Assembly: GCA_000002445.1 (NCBI GenBank)
Contig: CH464491.1
Location: forward strand, 1,376,001-1,440,000
Length of the DNA: 64,000 nucleotides
Source of the DNA: Trypanosoma brucei
Lineage: Eukaryota
Direction of reading: 5' to 3'
In this document: positions 1-9,572 of the stretch, piece after piece
How positions within the stretch are numbered: position 1 is the first letter of the stretch
How the letters are laid out: every line of letters starts with the position of its first letter
Program-made: the position numbers and the translations under genes
Notes under the pieces: model-generated
Database searches by the model: none
What the model was told of the DNA's origin: nothing
Seen by the model: only the letters and a program-made list of their open reading frames with translations

Positions 1-78
1 TTTCTTTTTGGATCCTTATTTTAGCGATTTGGGAAGAACTAAGTTAGGAAAAGAGTCACAAGGAAATAAGGAAGGGAA

Positions 79-1761
79 ATGCGAATCAAGGTAGACGTTG
101 AGCTGCACAAGCGGGAGATTAACAATATCACCCACGTCCAGGAGGTGTTCAAATCACTTTCGGATACTGTGGAGACGCGCCTAGTTACCGACAAGGAGGC
201 ACTCACTCGCCTGGTTAGCAATGCACTAGCTAAGGGGACGTTGAGAACCATCGTTCCTGAACTTACGGAAAGGCTTTGCCATCCAGCTCTCTACGAGGAT
301 TGCCTAAGTGTTTTGTGCGGCGTTATGTTTGACTCCGAGAGGGTTGAACGGGGGGAGTCTCTTGACGGCTTTGTTTCGTTTATCACGCAGCTTCCTGACA
401 ATGAGCAGAAAAAAGCGAAGGGCGACATTGTGCAACGGGCGATGACGTACCTCTCGAAACCGCGTCGTCTGGATTGCAGTAGGAACCTCCTTCTTCCTTA
501 CGCAGAGGTCATCGCTGTCCTCACCAAGGTCGACATGCTAAATATCCGTAACGTTGTCGTGGCGCTTATGCAGATGATACGTTTAGATACAACTCGAACT
601 GCGGGAATAACGTGTTTAGGGAAGTTGGTGGAAGTCGCCCATGGGTTACTGCTTGAGCGGTTAGACCAACATACCCTTCAAACACTCCGCGACACAGTGA
701 TATTTGCGCGGCAGGATGACATCTTGTCGTACGACGTGGAGTACATCATGGAAGCCTTTGGGTGGGACCAATCCCCCAAGTTTGTGAACTTTTCCGTGCG
801 ACACTCAGGGGTACACCACAAATCGGCTATTCTAACCTTGGCCTACAGTGGCGGGAACGGCTCCCGCGAAGTGGTCGTGACTTCCTCCGTAGACGGTACT
901 ATTGGAACGTGGGATCATTCAGGTGCCCTTACGGAGAACCTCGTTCTTTCGCGTCATTACGCCTCCTCAATAGATTTTGCGGACCATGGACGCGCCCTAA
1001 TCGTCGGTACGGTCGGAAGAACGGCTTCCATTCCCCCCGCCATTGTCATATATACTGCTCAGCCAACATACAATGAAGAGTCCAATTGGCAAGAGAAGTG
1101 TGGCGCTGAGCCGCGTGATGCTATGTTTATAACCACTGTGAAGTGCCTCCGGAGTTTTTCGTCTATGAGATATTGTTGTGGCGCAACCGTTGCAACGGGA
1201 AGCACGTTGATCCTTTACGACGGGACGCAGGTTATCCAGGAGTACAATGGTCACAGTGATGTGATATCCGCCATGCACGTTATACCGGACAGGGACAATA
1301 CTGTTGTGACGGGGTCGAGGGACTGCTCGGTGATGGTTTATGATCTTCGTATGCCCCAAAGCGTCACGACAACCTCCGCCCATCGGCACTATAGCACAGT
1401 AACGTCCATTGGGAGCTGTGGTGACTTCCTTTTTACCAGTGGCCTTGACCGCCGCGTTGTCGTGAACGACTTACGCATGATGGGGCAAGGAATGGCCACA
1501 CAGGATTTGGATAGTGCTGTACTTAGTATATCCGTGAACTCAAGTATGGTTTGCGCCGCTTCCACGCTGACAGGTGTGCATCTTATTAATTTTGGGAACA
1601 ATCCGATACTCACCTGCAGGGCAGATAGCATGAAGATGAGTCCACGATATAACGCCGTTTCCTGGAACGCGCAAGGTGACGTTCTGTACGCAGGAGGCGA
1701 TAATAACACGTTGGATATGTTCACGCGGCGCTTCCCTGAGACTGAAGCGTATGCTGCGTAA
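79..1761 (+). CDS. WD40-repeat protein with N-terminal alpha-helical domain (hypothetical conserved)
   Basis: 560-aa ATG-initiated ORF. The C-terminal half has several WD-like blades (VTSSVDGTIGTWD, VTGSRDCSVMVYDLR, FTSGLDRRVVVNDLR). The N-terminal ~250 aa are helical and leucine-rich. Confidence 0.6.
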   Translation: MRIKVDVELHKREINNITHVQEVFKSLSDTVETRLVTDKEALTRLVSNALAKGTLRTIVPELTERLCHPALYEDCLSVLCGVMFDSERVERGESLDGFVSFITQLPDNEQKKAKGDIVQRAMTYLSKPRRLDCSRNLLLPYAEVIAVLTKVDMLNIRNVVVALMQMIRLDTTRTAGITCLGKLVEVAHGLLLERLDQHTLQTLRDTVIFARQDDILSYDVEYIMEAFGWDQSPKFVNFSVRHSGVHHKSAILTLAYSGGNGSREVVVTSSVDGTIGTWDHSGALTENLVLSRHYASSIDFADHGRALIVGTVGRTASIPPAIVIYTAQPTYNEESNWQEKCGAEPRDAMFITTVKCLRSFSSMRYCCGATVATGSTLILYDGTQVIQEYNGHSDVISAMHVIPDRDNTVVTGSRDCSVMVYDLRMPQSVTTTSAHRHYSTVTSIGSCGDFLFTSGLDRRVVVNDLRMMGQGMATQDLDSAVLSISVNSSMVCAASTLTGVHLINFGNNPILTCRADSMKMSPRYNAVSWNAQGDVLYAGGDNNTLDMFTRRFPETEAYAA

Positions 1762-2520
1762 CAGAGGGTTCTAAAAAACAATCGGACAAAAAAGAAAAAT
1801 AATCAAAACAAAATGATTTAAAATATAAAAGAACATCTCTTTATTCCTCTTGCCTTTTTTGACCCTTCTAGTATCCTCCCCCAACACCTACCTGCCCTTT
1901 CTTCCCTCGTTTCCACCCGTACACGTGTCCGTCAGTCGAGCTTATGAATGAGTGTGCGATGGAAACTGATGCGGAGGGGTGGGGTTGGGGGGGAGGAGGG
2001 AAGGGCCAACGCGTGTGAGTAGGGAGGGAATTGTTGCTGTAACTTTAACTTTCCACCAAACGATGTGTTAGTGAGCGAGTTGTGCATGGGAGTTGGAAAC
2101 AGACAAAAACTATGAAAAAAAGGAGGAAGTTTTAAAATTTACTGAGTTTGACGTATATGCGTGCAAGTTTATATATATATAGGAAGGATCAGGAGAGAGA
2201 AAGCTGAAGATGAGACTTAATGGAGGCGAGGCAACAACGGAAGGAAAAAAGTTAAACAAAAAAAGATCTAATAATTATGTTTATATGATGGTTTCAGGGA
2301 AAAGGTGACTATTAGCACAAAATCTTCATTTTCTTTGTTTCTTACCTTTTCTTCGTGTTTTATCCCACTGAATATTTAATCTTCACACGACTACTCCCTC
2401 CGTTTTATGCAATAATATATATTACTCTCTCCACTACATCGGCGTACCTCGGCTAGATGCTTCGACCTTTATCCATCTGCTCTTTGTTGGCTTGTTTGGC
2501 CACTCTTAACTTATTATCAC

Positions 2521-2600
2521 CTTCTTTCCCTTTGTATTCTCTTCTCCATTGAACCGACGGGTTTCCAAGCTTTTCATCCTCTTCCCCGATTCGTAGTGGC
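2521..2600 (+). promoter_or_regulatory. polypyrimidine tract + AG (candidate trans-splice acceptor region) upstream of ankyrin/TPR gene
   Basis: The run CTTCTTTCCCTTTGTATTCTCTTCTCCATT...TTTTCATCCTCTTCCCC is followed by AG dinucleotides about 60-90 nt before ATG 2661. Confidence 0.5.
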
Positions 2601-2660
2601 CCTCCTTTAAGTTCTCATTAGTCGACGGCTCATACATTCACTTTCACACACGATAGGCCC

Positions 2661-3839
2661 ATGGACAACGGTAAGCGCATTGCCGAGGACGTTGAGGTGT
2701 TTCTTCGCGCCGCACGTGCGAAGGATGTGCTGAAGTGCTCCGAAATGCTGAAGCAGAAACCCTCGTTGATCGACTCTGTGGAGGCAGGGGGGTTCTCGGC
2801 ACTGCACTTCGCGGCGTTTAACGGCGATCTTGATATGCTTTACATGCTTTTAGAATACAAACCAACGCTGAGTCTGAAGAACTATGATGGTAATACACCG
2901 TTGATCATGGCGGCGAAGGTTCGGCAGCATGAAGCTATCAAAGTCTTGGTCGATGCCGGTGCCGATGTTAACTTCAGGACACCTACTGGCGGGACGGCAG
3001 CGCACTTTGCTGCATCGATGGGTCATGTAGACACAGTGAGATATTTGGTAGGGCTCGGTGCCGATGTCATGCACGTGGACTGTGAGACGGGCTCCTTGCT
3101 TCATTGGGCTGCTCATTCGGGGGACGTGGACTGCTTGGGGGCGATGATTTATGAGTTCAGAGTTCCCATCGACATCAAAGACTCCAACGGTGGGTCACCT
3201 CTCTTCACGGCGTTGTTTATGAAGAAAGTTGAAGCTGTTGAGTTCCTACTGGAGCACGGTGCCGATCCCCACACCGTGGTTGAAGGGGATCTCTCCACGC
3301 CTTTGCACATTGCCGTAGAACACTCCAACACGGAGTGTGTGAAACTCCTCCTAAGTTACGGTGCCAACCCCAACTCCAAAAACAAGAGTGGAGACACCCC
3401 CGTGGCCATTGCTGAGAGGGAAAAGAAACAATCCGCCCTCAAGGAACTTCTTAAGCTCCCCGTCAGCGAGGAGAAGAGGAAGGAAGAGGCTAACCGCTTC
3501 AAGATGCAGGGGAACAAGGTGTTTGAAGATGGAGAGAATGTAAAGGCTGCCAAGTATTACACGCTGGCGATACGTATGGACAATACAAATCACGTCTTCT
3601 TCAGCAACCGGGCTGCGGCATACTTCAACCAGCGCCATTACAGCGGAGCTTATTGGGACTCATTGAGGTGTATCACGCTAGCACCACAATGGGCCAAGGG
3701 ATACTTCCGCAAAGCAGCAACCGAATTGGCTATGAAAAAGCGCGACGAGGCACTCCGGACGTGCGAGGAAGGTCTTCGTTTGGATCCTCAAAACAAAGAC
3801 CTTCTGACAATAAGGGAAGAGACGCGGAGGTCGAAGTGA
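2661..3839 (+). CDS. Ankyrin-repeat plus C-terminal TPR-repeat protein
   Basis: 392 aa. It has at least 6 ankyrin repeats (GFSALHFAAFNGDLDMLYMLL, GNTPLIMAAKVRQHEAIKVLVDAGADVN, TPLHIAVEHSNTECVKLLLSYGANPN), then a TPR block (FKMQGNKVFEDGENVKAAKYYTLAIRMD...AAAYFNQRHY...KGYFRKAATELAMKK). A polypyrimidine tract plus AG lies upstream. Confidence 0.75.
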   Translation: MDNGKRIAEDVEVFLRAARAKDVLKCSEMLKQKPSLIDSVEAGGFSALHFAAFNGDLDMLYMLLEYKPTLSLKNYDGNTPLIMAAKVRQHEAIKVLVDAGADVNFRTPTGGTAAHFAASMGHVDTVRYLVGLGADVMHVDCETGSLLHWAAHSGDVDCLGAMIYEFRVPIDIKDSNGGSPLFTALFMKKVEAVEFLLEHGADPHTVVEGDLSTPLHIAVEHSNTECVKLLLSYGANPNSKNKSGDTPVAIAEREKKQSALKELLKLPVSEEKRKEEANRFKMQGNKVFEDGENVKAAKYYTLAIRMDNTNHVFFSNRAAAYFNQRHYSGAYWDSLRCITLAPQWAKGYFRKAATELAMKKRDEALRTCEEGLRLDPQNKDLLTIREETRRSK

Positions 3840-5407
3840 CTAAGCAACGATGCAACAGTCTAACTGTTGTTATTTGCTGCTTTTCTTCTTATTCTTCTAT
3901 TGTTGATAGTTGTCGTCATATTGGCCCTCCTTTCCGCTCCTCCTGCTTCTTTGTTGTTGTGCTGTCGTGGGTCTTTTTGATGCTGTTTGGTGCTTCACCA
4001 AACACAGTGGATCGGCAGCACGTGCTCTGTTCCTCGACATATGAGATGGGCTTGTGTCGTGATTGGAGGATCGCTGTGTAGCCTCCTGCGCTTGGTGGCA
4101 AGCCGCACCAGTTGGGTTTTCTGTATCTAATTCCTGCTGGGTTGGTTTTTCCTCATCCTGTTGCAGAGGCTCGCACGTAAGTAATTTAACGAAAACTAAA
4201 TTTAAGGAGGTTTGTTATTACTGTTATTGTTATTGTTTTTTTTTTCGGTTCAAGAAGAAAAGGTGAGAAGAAAAACAAGTAAGAATAGTCTGATCTTCTC
4301 AGGAGGGTGAGCCATTGTAGAGAGAAGGTGCTGCGGAGGAGGAATACTAACTAGAAAGGAAAGAAAGACGAGGCTGGTTTGACGTGGGCAAAAAACAACC
4401 AACAAGAAAAAGGCTCTAAGCGTTCCCAGAGAGGAGACGTGACGCATATCGCTCTCCAGTATCTCCCTTTCCCTTGGGTCGTTCCAATTCTCTCACCCGA
4501 CACCACATGTGCGTGAATATATACTGCACTCTCCTTATTTTTCTACCTCTTTTTCTCTTTTCATCCTTTCTTCTTAACTTGCCGATTTCCCGCTTCACTC
4601 TATATTTTATTCTTCTCCATCTTCCCTCCTTCTTTTTCTTCAAGTGACCACTATTTACTTTTCCATGTACCAGTGAATGTTAGCGGTTCTGACAGTCTGA
4701 TGCGCGCTGGGAGAGGCCAATATCGCGGTGGAAGAGGTTGGCATGGACCGCCTACCAATGCCTAATCATACGAAACTCGTGTGCGCCATTCTTTAGTTTT
4801 TATTTCCTCTTTTGCAGTTCTCGGCAGGGTGTCCTGTCCCGGCTATTAGTTCTGATGTGCTGCAGTCACCATCTGTTGCGCATGTCATGACAGCTTTGTG
4901 AGGTTACCGAATGGTATATTCCAGAAGACCCTCAAATAAATATCGGTAGGAGCCGGCGTATTTAAATGGTAGGAACGACACAGGAGCCTTCAAAGTATTG
5001 ATACAAATATGTGCCATCTCGTGTTATTTTTGATCAGGTGGAGTGAACGTTCTTCCGTTGGCAGCACAAGTCTTCTTCCTCTCGCTGTAAATTTGAATGG
5101 GAGTGTGACCCCCCAGCAGTGAGAAGCATAGCCCACACCAATGCGTTGCATTATGTCATTTGTTCACATAGCACTACTGTTGTGCACACTTTTTAACATA
5201 AAAGTGCGCATTAATTCGGTATCGTCTTGTATACGTATTTCAGTTGCCCATCAGCGCCAAATGTTGGCACGCAGTCGGTCTTCACGTGTCCCCCAGCTTC
5301 CTACTACCACTTAGTTTTCCTGCCTGTTCTTTTTGCTTTTGTGCTATATCAAATGTACGTACCAAAAATGAAAGTAATTAGAATTTAGTACATAGGATTA
5401 CTTTGCA

Positions 5408-6226
5408 ATGTCTACAATCTACAATGCAGTGGATGCCTCTACGCTAAATGACCGGTGCCGCACGGACCTACTGGATACCGTGGCGCAGTTGGGCCGCCAT
5501 TGCGAAACATTACCCAAGAAGGCCGTCACTACTGCGGATGCGCCACTCCCGTCATGTACATTTAACACAACTGTCTCCCGCTCGCAAAAAGAAATTAACT
5601 GCTCTAACGAGGCAGCACTCGATAAGTACATAGAGGAGAAGGGTGCGACCCGCTGGAGGACGACACAGGCGTTGGCATCGACTTATTTCAAGGACCACAA
5701 GCCAAAGTTCCACGGCGCGTTGCGTACACAAGATTGCTTCCGTGACACCCGCGACATAACACAACTCTCCTCGAAGGAAAAGGATTTTGTACATCGCTAC
5801 GCTGAGGCGAAGATGAAAAAATCTATTCCTCGTGAAGAGAGCGATGATGTGGCCAAAAAGGTCGCAACAGAGGCTTACACGGAGGCCTTCCGCAAGTTTA
5901 AGGGGAGGGACCCCACGGAGAAGGAATTGCTGGAGGTTGAGCGGCTCTACTTTGCCTATGCAGATGACGGAGCGGTCGGTGTTGTTCAGAAGCCGCATTT
6001 CCATGGGCCACATATGCATGTTTCTATTTGTAACAGGAAATATGTTACTTGCCCGAATCAGGTATACCGAGCGTCTCTGCCGGCCGTACGGAATGCACGC
6101 TCTCGTTTCCCTGGGCCCATCCCCGTCTGGACGTCCACGAAGAACTTACACGCAGTGGCGTCTAACGATACCTACAGGCCGGGAGTCCACAACGTTAGCA
6201 AGTTTGGGGAAACATCGAGCAAGTAG
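5408..6226 (+). CDS. hypothetical protein (no recognisable domain)
   Basis: 272-aa ATG ORF on the coding strand of the array with complex, non-repetitive composition. A polypyrimidine tract at 5291-5345 lies upstream. Confidence 0.5.
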   Translation: MSTIYNAVDASTLNDRCRTDLLDTVAQLGRHCETLPKKAVTTADAPLPSCTFNTTVSRSQKEINCSNEAALDKYIEEKGATRWRTTQALASTYFKDHKPKFHGALRTQDCFRDTRDITQLSSKEKDFVHRYAEAKMKKSIPREESDDVAKKVATEAYTEAFRKFKGRDPTEKELLEVERLYFAYADDGAVGVVQKPHFHGPHMHVSICNRKYVTCPNQVYRASLPAVRNARSRFPGPIPVWTSTKNLHAVASNDTYRPGVHNVSKFGETSSK

Positions 6227-6570
6227 CTTCAAATAACAACATCACTAGATGATCGCCAATCACCAGAGGAAGCAAATGTACAGAAACAGTAGAGAGGAGG
6301 GGATTGTGGAAGGAACCAATTTTTTTTGTTTTTTTAAATGTGATGTATGGATGTGTGAGGAGGATGTGTATTCCGTGTCCAAATATCGTACACTTACGTG
6401 TACATTCCTCTTGTGGTTCAGCTGTTTGTTTATTTTCCCTATCCCTTCCCTCTGCCTCCGTTGGTGGTAGAAGGTTGTCACACGATTCCCCCCTGCTTTG
6501 AAAAAAAAAAGGAGAGCAATTGATCGACCTTTTCCGCAAGTGCACGGCACCTTTCTCGTGTGGAGGTTGC

Positions 6571-6672
6571 TACTTCCTCTTCCTAGCTTTCTGCGTGTTT
6601 ATTTTTCTTTGATTCGGAAAAACTTGAATTCTTTCCCTTTTTTTCCATTACTTTGCTTTTGTTCTTTAATGA
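6571..6672 (+). promoter_or_regulatory. polypyrimidine tract + AG upstream of phosducin-like gene
   Basis: About 100 nt at more than 85% C/T, ending ...TTTTGTTCTTTAATGAG, 50 nt before ATG 6725. Confidence 0.5.
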
Positions 6673-6724
6673 GTTAGTGAGTGCGAGGTGGACCGCGCTC
6701 TGGTAAGGCTGCTGTGTTACATAG

Positions 6725-7456
6725 ATGGTCGAAAGAACAGCGGATCAGCGGATTCGTACGACGGAATGGGAGGAGGTGCAGTACAAATTCGGAAATCGCG
6801 TTGGGAAATATGCCACTAACGAGGTGGAGCTACTCGCCCAAAAGATTGCTGATAACAATTTAAATGCTCCTCTCAAAGCATACGATCCTCATGAAGAGAA
6901 GGTGATGGACAAAGTGGAGCGTGGCGGATACGACACGGGACGGGCTGAGGAAGAAGGAGGCCCAGCTTTTGATGATGCATTGCCTGATGATGACGATGAG
7001 GCTCTCGCTGCATTTCGTAGGAAGCGACTGGCGGAGCTGCAGCGGCAGAAGGAAGTGGAGCGGTTTGGTGTACTTCGTCATGTCTCAGGTGCGGATTACA
7101 TGACGGAGGTTACCGAGGCCTCTAGCACTAACTGGGTTGTTGCGGTGCTAATTAAGCCTGGCCATGACAACTGCGAGGCGTTGCTGTCAGTCATGCGAGT
7201 AGCGGCCCAGCGTCATCGTGACGTGAAGTTTCTTTCTATGGTGTCAACGGAGGCTATAAAAAACTTTCCCGACCGTCACCTCCCTTGTGTGCTGCTGTAT
7301 AGGGATAAGAAGCTGGAGAACCAGCTGACGGAGGTTGCTTCGTGGAAAGGGAAGCAAAATAGACTTTCTCTAGAATCGGTGGAGCGGGTTCTACATCGCT
7401 ATGGTGTGATCCGAAACACTGATTATGACCACGATGATGATGATGATGATGCATGA
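6725..7456 (+). CDS. Phosducin-like protein (thioredoxin fold; PhLP3/TXNDC9-type)
   Basis: 243 aa. There is an N-terminal charged helix, then a thioredoxin-like block (VLRHVSGADYMTEV...WVVAVLIKPGHDNCEALL...VKFLSMVSTEAIKNFPDRHLPCVLLYRDKKL) matching the phosducin-like family pattern. The acidic tail DHDDDDDDA is encoded by (GAT)n. Confidence 0.7.
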   Translation: MVERTADQRIRTTEWEEVQYKFGNRVGKYATNEVELLAQKIADNNLNAPLKAYDPHEEKVMDKVERGGYDTGRAEEEGGPAFDDALPDDDDEALAAFRRKRLAELQRQKEVERFGVLRHVSGADYMTEVTEASSTNWVVAVLIKPGHDNCEALLSVMRVAAQRHRDVKFLSMVSTEAIKNFPDRHLPCVLLYRDKKLENQLTEVASWKGKQNRLSLESVERVLHRYGVIRNTDYDHDDDDDDA

Positions 7457-7535
7457 GTAAGTGAGCAATGTGGTACCCGCTGGTTCAGGTAGCGTATTAC
7501 CCATCTTTGGATGCATTCACCCTTCACGAATAAAG

Positions 7536-7568
7536 ATATATATATATATATATATATATACGTATATG
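7536..7568. repeat. (TA)n microsatellite
   Basis: ATATATATATATATATATATATATAC GTATATG run in the spacer after the phosducin-like gene. Confidence 0.9.
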
Positions 7569-7707
7569 TGCTTGTGCGTGCACTTACCTTGCTTTTTTAT
7601 ATGAGCTGATTGGGTGTGCTTTCATCAATTACACAAATTATGCAGGAATGTCAGTAACTGCAGAATTGCACTGTCGTTACTCTGTTTCTTTTCAGCCTGT
7701 AGTCATC

Positions 7708-9279
7708 ATGTCCGTCGATGGGGCGATTATATCTGACATGTACCGCCTACTTTCAGAGAAGCAGCCCATATCGTTTTTTATTCTTTTGTGCGGGCAAAGT
7801 GGGTGCGGTAAGTCTACCACCCTGCGTGCTGTAGGCGATGGGGCCGCTGCCCGCGGCATGAATGTGACGTATGGAGCCCCTATACTCGAAGAAGCGGATA
7901 CGCTAGAGTGGAATGTGGAAAAAGCAAACCTGCACATTGTAGATTTTAATACGATGCGGTCGATGGACGTCAAGGGATATCCCGATTCGTCCTCATACCG
8001 GCCCGGGACAGTAGTTATTCTCGACGACATCGAGTCTATCTACCACCTTATGCACATGCAGGGAGTGTCGCACCGCCTTGAACTCTTTCTGCGGCTCCTA
8101 CTGAGTTCATCTCGCAGTGCTCTGATCACATCCGCGATTGATGCTTCCCGTGTACCGCAATGGCTAATTGACATGAAGGCTCCAGTGGTGTACCACATAC
8201 CAGAACTCACAGGGAGTGCTACACGACGCTACATCCGTACACTTCCTGAAGCGGATGTCTACGCAAGCTGCGCTGACGAAGGTGGTGGGGATATATTGGC
8301 GTCATGCCTCCGTACACAGCGGGATCTCACGTTATATTTATGTTGCGCAAAGTTTAGGGGGGAGACGCGGCACCCCATCAACTCCGGTGCATTACACTTT
8401 TCTGGCCATCTGCGTGCGCCTCTACAGCAGTTGTCTCAACCTGATAGGAAGTTGTTTGGTCTTGACGCTGTTGCTGACAGGATAGATGCTCTTGTACGAC
8501 ACTTCATTGGGCGGGACGGGTCTTCCATAAGTGGGTTACTTTCAACTGTTGCTTCCACCACTGGGATATTACTGCATGGCCCACCTGGTAGCGGGAAAAC
8601 TGCCTTGGCAATGCGCTACCACTCACTCTATCCTGGAAAATTCTTTTCCGTAAATTGTGCTACACTCTTTTCAAAGTACCTGGGCGAAAGTGAGCAGCGA
8701 CTCCGCGAAGCTTTTGTGCTGGCCCGATCTCGGGCCCCATCAATATTGTTTTTAGACGGCGTGGATGTGATCGGGTCATCGCGTGGTTCCATGTCGTCTG
8801 ATAACAATGGTGGAGGTGTGGACATCTCGAGAAGGATGCTCGCTGCTCTTCTTTGTGAACTCGATGGACTCAGTGATGGCGGCCGTGTTCTCGTGATTGC
8901 TGCAACAGCTGTACCGAATAAACTTGATTCTGCCCTTCTTCGACAAGGCCGTTTCGAGACACTTCAGTACGTCCCACCGCTGAGCTATGGTGCATCCTGT
9001 GAGATGGCACTTGACTTCTTCGAGCGTTTCATTGATGCTACCGAATATAGGGACAAAGTGAAAAATCTGGCAGCGCTTGTTGCAACACGGTCGGAGGGGA
9101 GCACGCCCGCATCGCTCAGGGCGTTCCTCCGAGTTCTTCTTGAGAAACAGCTCGAATTGTCGAATGGGCACTGCGTGGACGGGACAGAGCTTCCTTTGCC
9201 TTCCGCCACATTGGTTAGGGACGCTTTAGGGGAAACGAATCAACTAATACGTGCTGATTATGCATTTGCTGCCCTTTGA
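7708..9279 (+). CDS. Tandem-domain AAA+ ATPase-like protein (non-canonical Walker B / sensor-1)
   Basis: D1 has P-loop GQSGCGKST and VVILDDIE. D2 has GPPGSGKT, ILFLDGVD and second-region-of-homology ATAVPNKLDSALLRQGRFE. The track model starts at ATG 7648. A pyrimidine tract plus AG at 7677-7695 sits inside that extension, so ATG 7708 (MSVDGAII...) is the preferred start. Confidence 0.75.
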   Translation: MSVDGAIISDMYRLLSEKQPISFFILLCGQSGCGKSTTLRAVGDGAAARGMNVTYGAPILEEADTLEWNVEKANLHIVDFNTMRSMDVKGYPDSSSYRPGTVVILDDIESIYHLMHMQGVSHRLELFLRLLLSSSRSALITSAIDASRVPQWLIDMKAPVVYHIPELTGSATRRYIRTLPEADVYASCADEGGGDILASCLRTQRDLTLYLCCAKFRGETRHPINSGALHFSGHLRAPLQQLSQPDRKLFGLDAVADRIDALVRHFIGRDGSSISGLLSTVASTTGILLHGPPGSGKTALAMRYHSLYPGKFFSVNCATLFSKYLGESEQRLREAFVLARSRAPSILFLDGVDVIGSSRGSMSSDNNGGGVDISRRMLAALLCELDGLSDGGRVLVIAATAVPNKLDSALLRQGRFETLQYVPPLSYGASCEMALDFFERFIDATEYRDKVKNLAALVATRSEGSTPASLRAFLRVLLEKQLELSNGHCVDGTELPLPSATLVRDALGETNQLIRADYAFAAL

Positions 9280-9462
9280 GGAGGAAGGCGCTCCCTTTTA
9301 TCCTTGCTGGTGCGTTTGATGGAGCCGGCATGCGTTGCATATGTTTTGTACATGAGGCCATGGGCGGTGAAGGTTGTGATTATTATTAATGCAGTATTTA
9401 CCGGATAATGGGGCATTCAACGTTATTCGTAAACCCATGATAATGTGTGTATGGTGTGATGC

Positions 9463-9572
9463 ATCCTTTCCCCCCTCTGTTTCGTTATGTTGACTCGTTA
9501 CCTGACCTCCTCCCACCATTTCCTCGTCTCCTTTCATCGCTTATCCACGATATAGTTAGTCATAAGGGGTAG
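9463..9572 (+). promoter_or_regulatory. polypyrimidine tract + AG upstream of HEAT-repeat gene
   Basis: The run ATCCTTTCCCCCCTCTGTTTCGTTATG...CCTCCTCCCACCATTTCCTCGTCTCCTTTCATCGCTTATCC is followed by several AG before ATG 9573. Confidence 0.5.

Noticed and set aside
3653-4081. 142-aa + strand ORF
   Set aside because: It overlaps the last 190 nt of the ankyrin/TPR gene in another frame and continues into its C/T-rich 3' region. No domain. Most likely spurious.
4690-4715. CTGATG / CTGA box-like motifs suggestive of a C/D snoRNA
   Set aside because: The motifs are too short and unpaired to call. No terminal stem or guide complementarity could be established by eye. Kept only as a low-interest finding for the whole 4650-5300 block.
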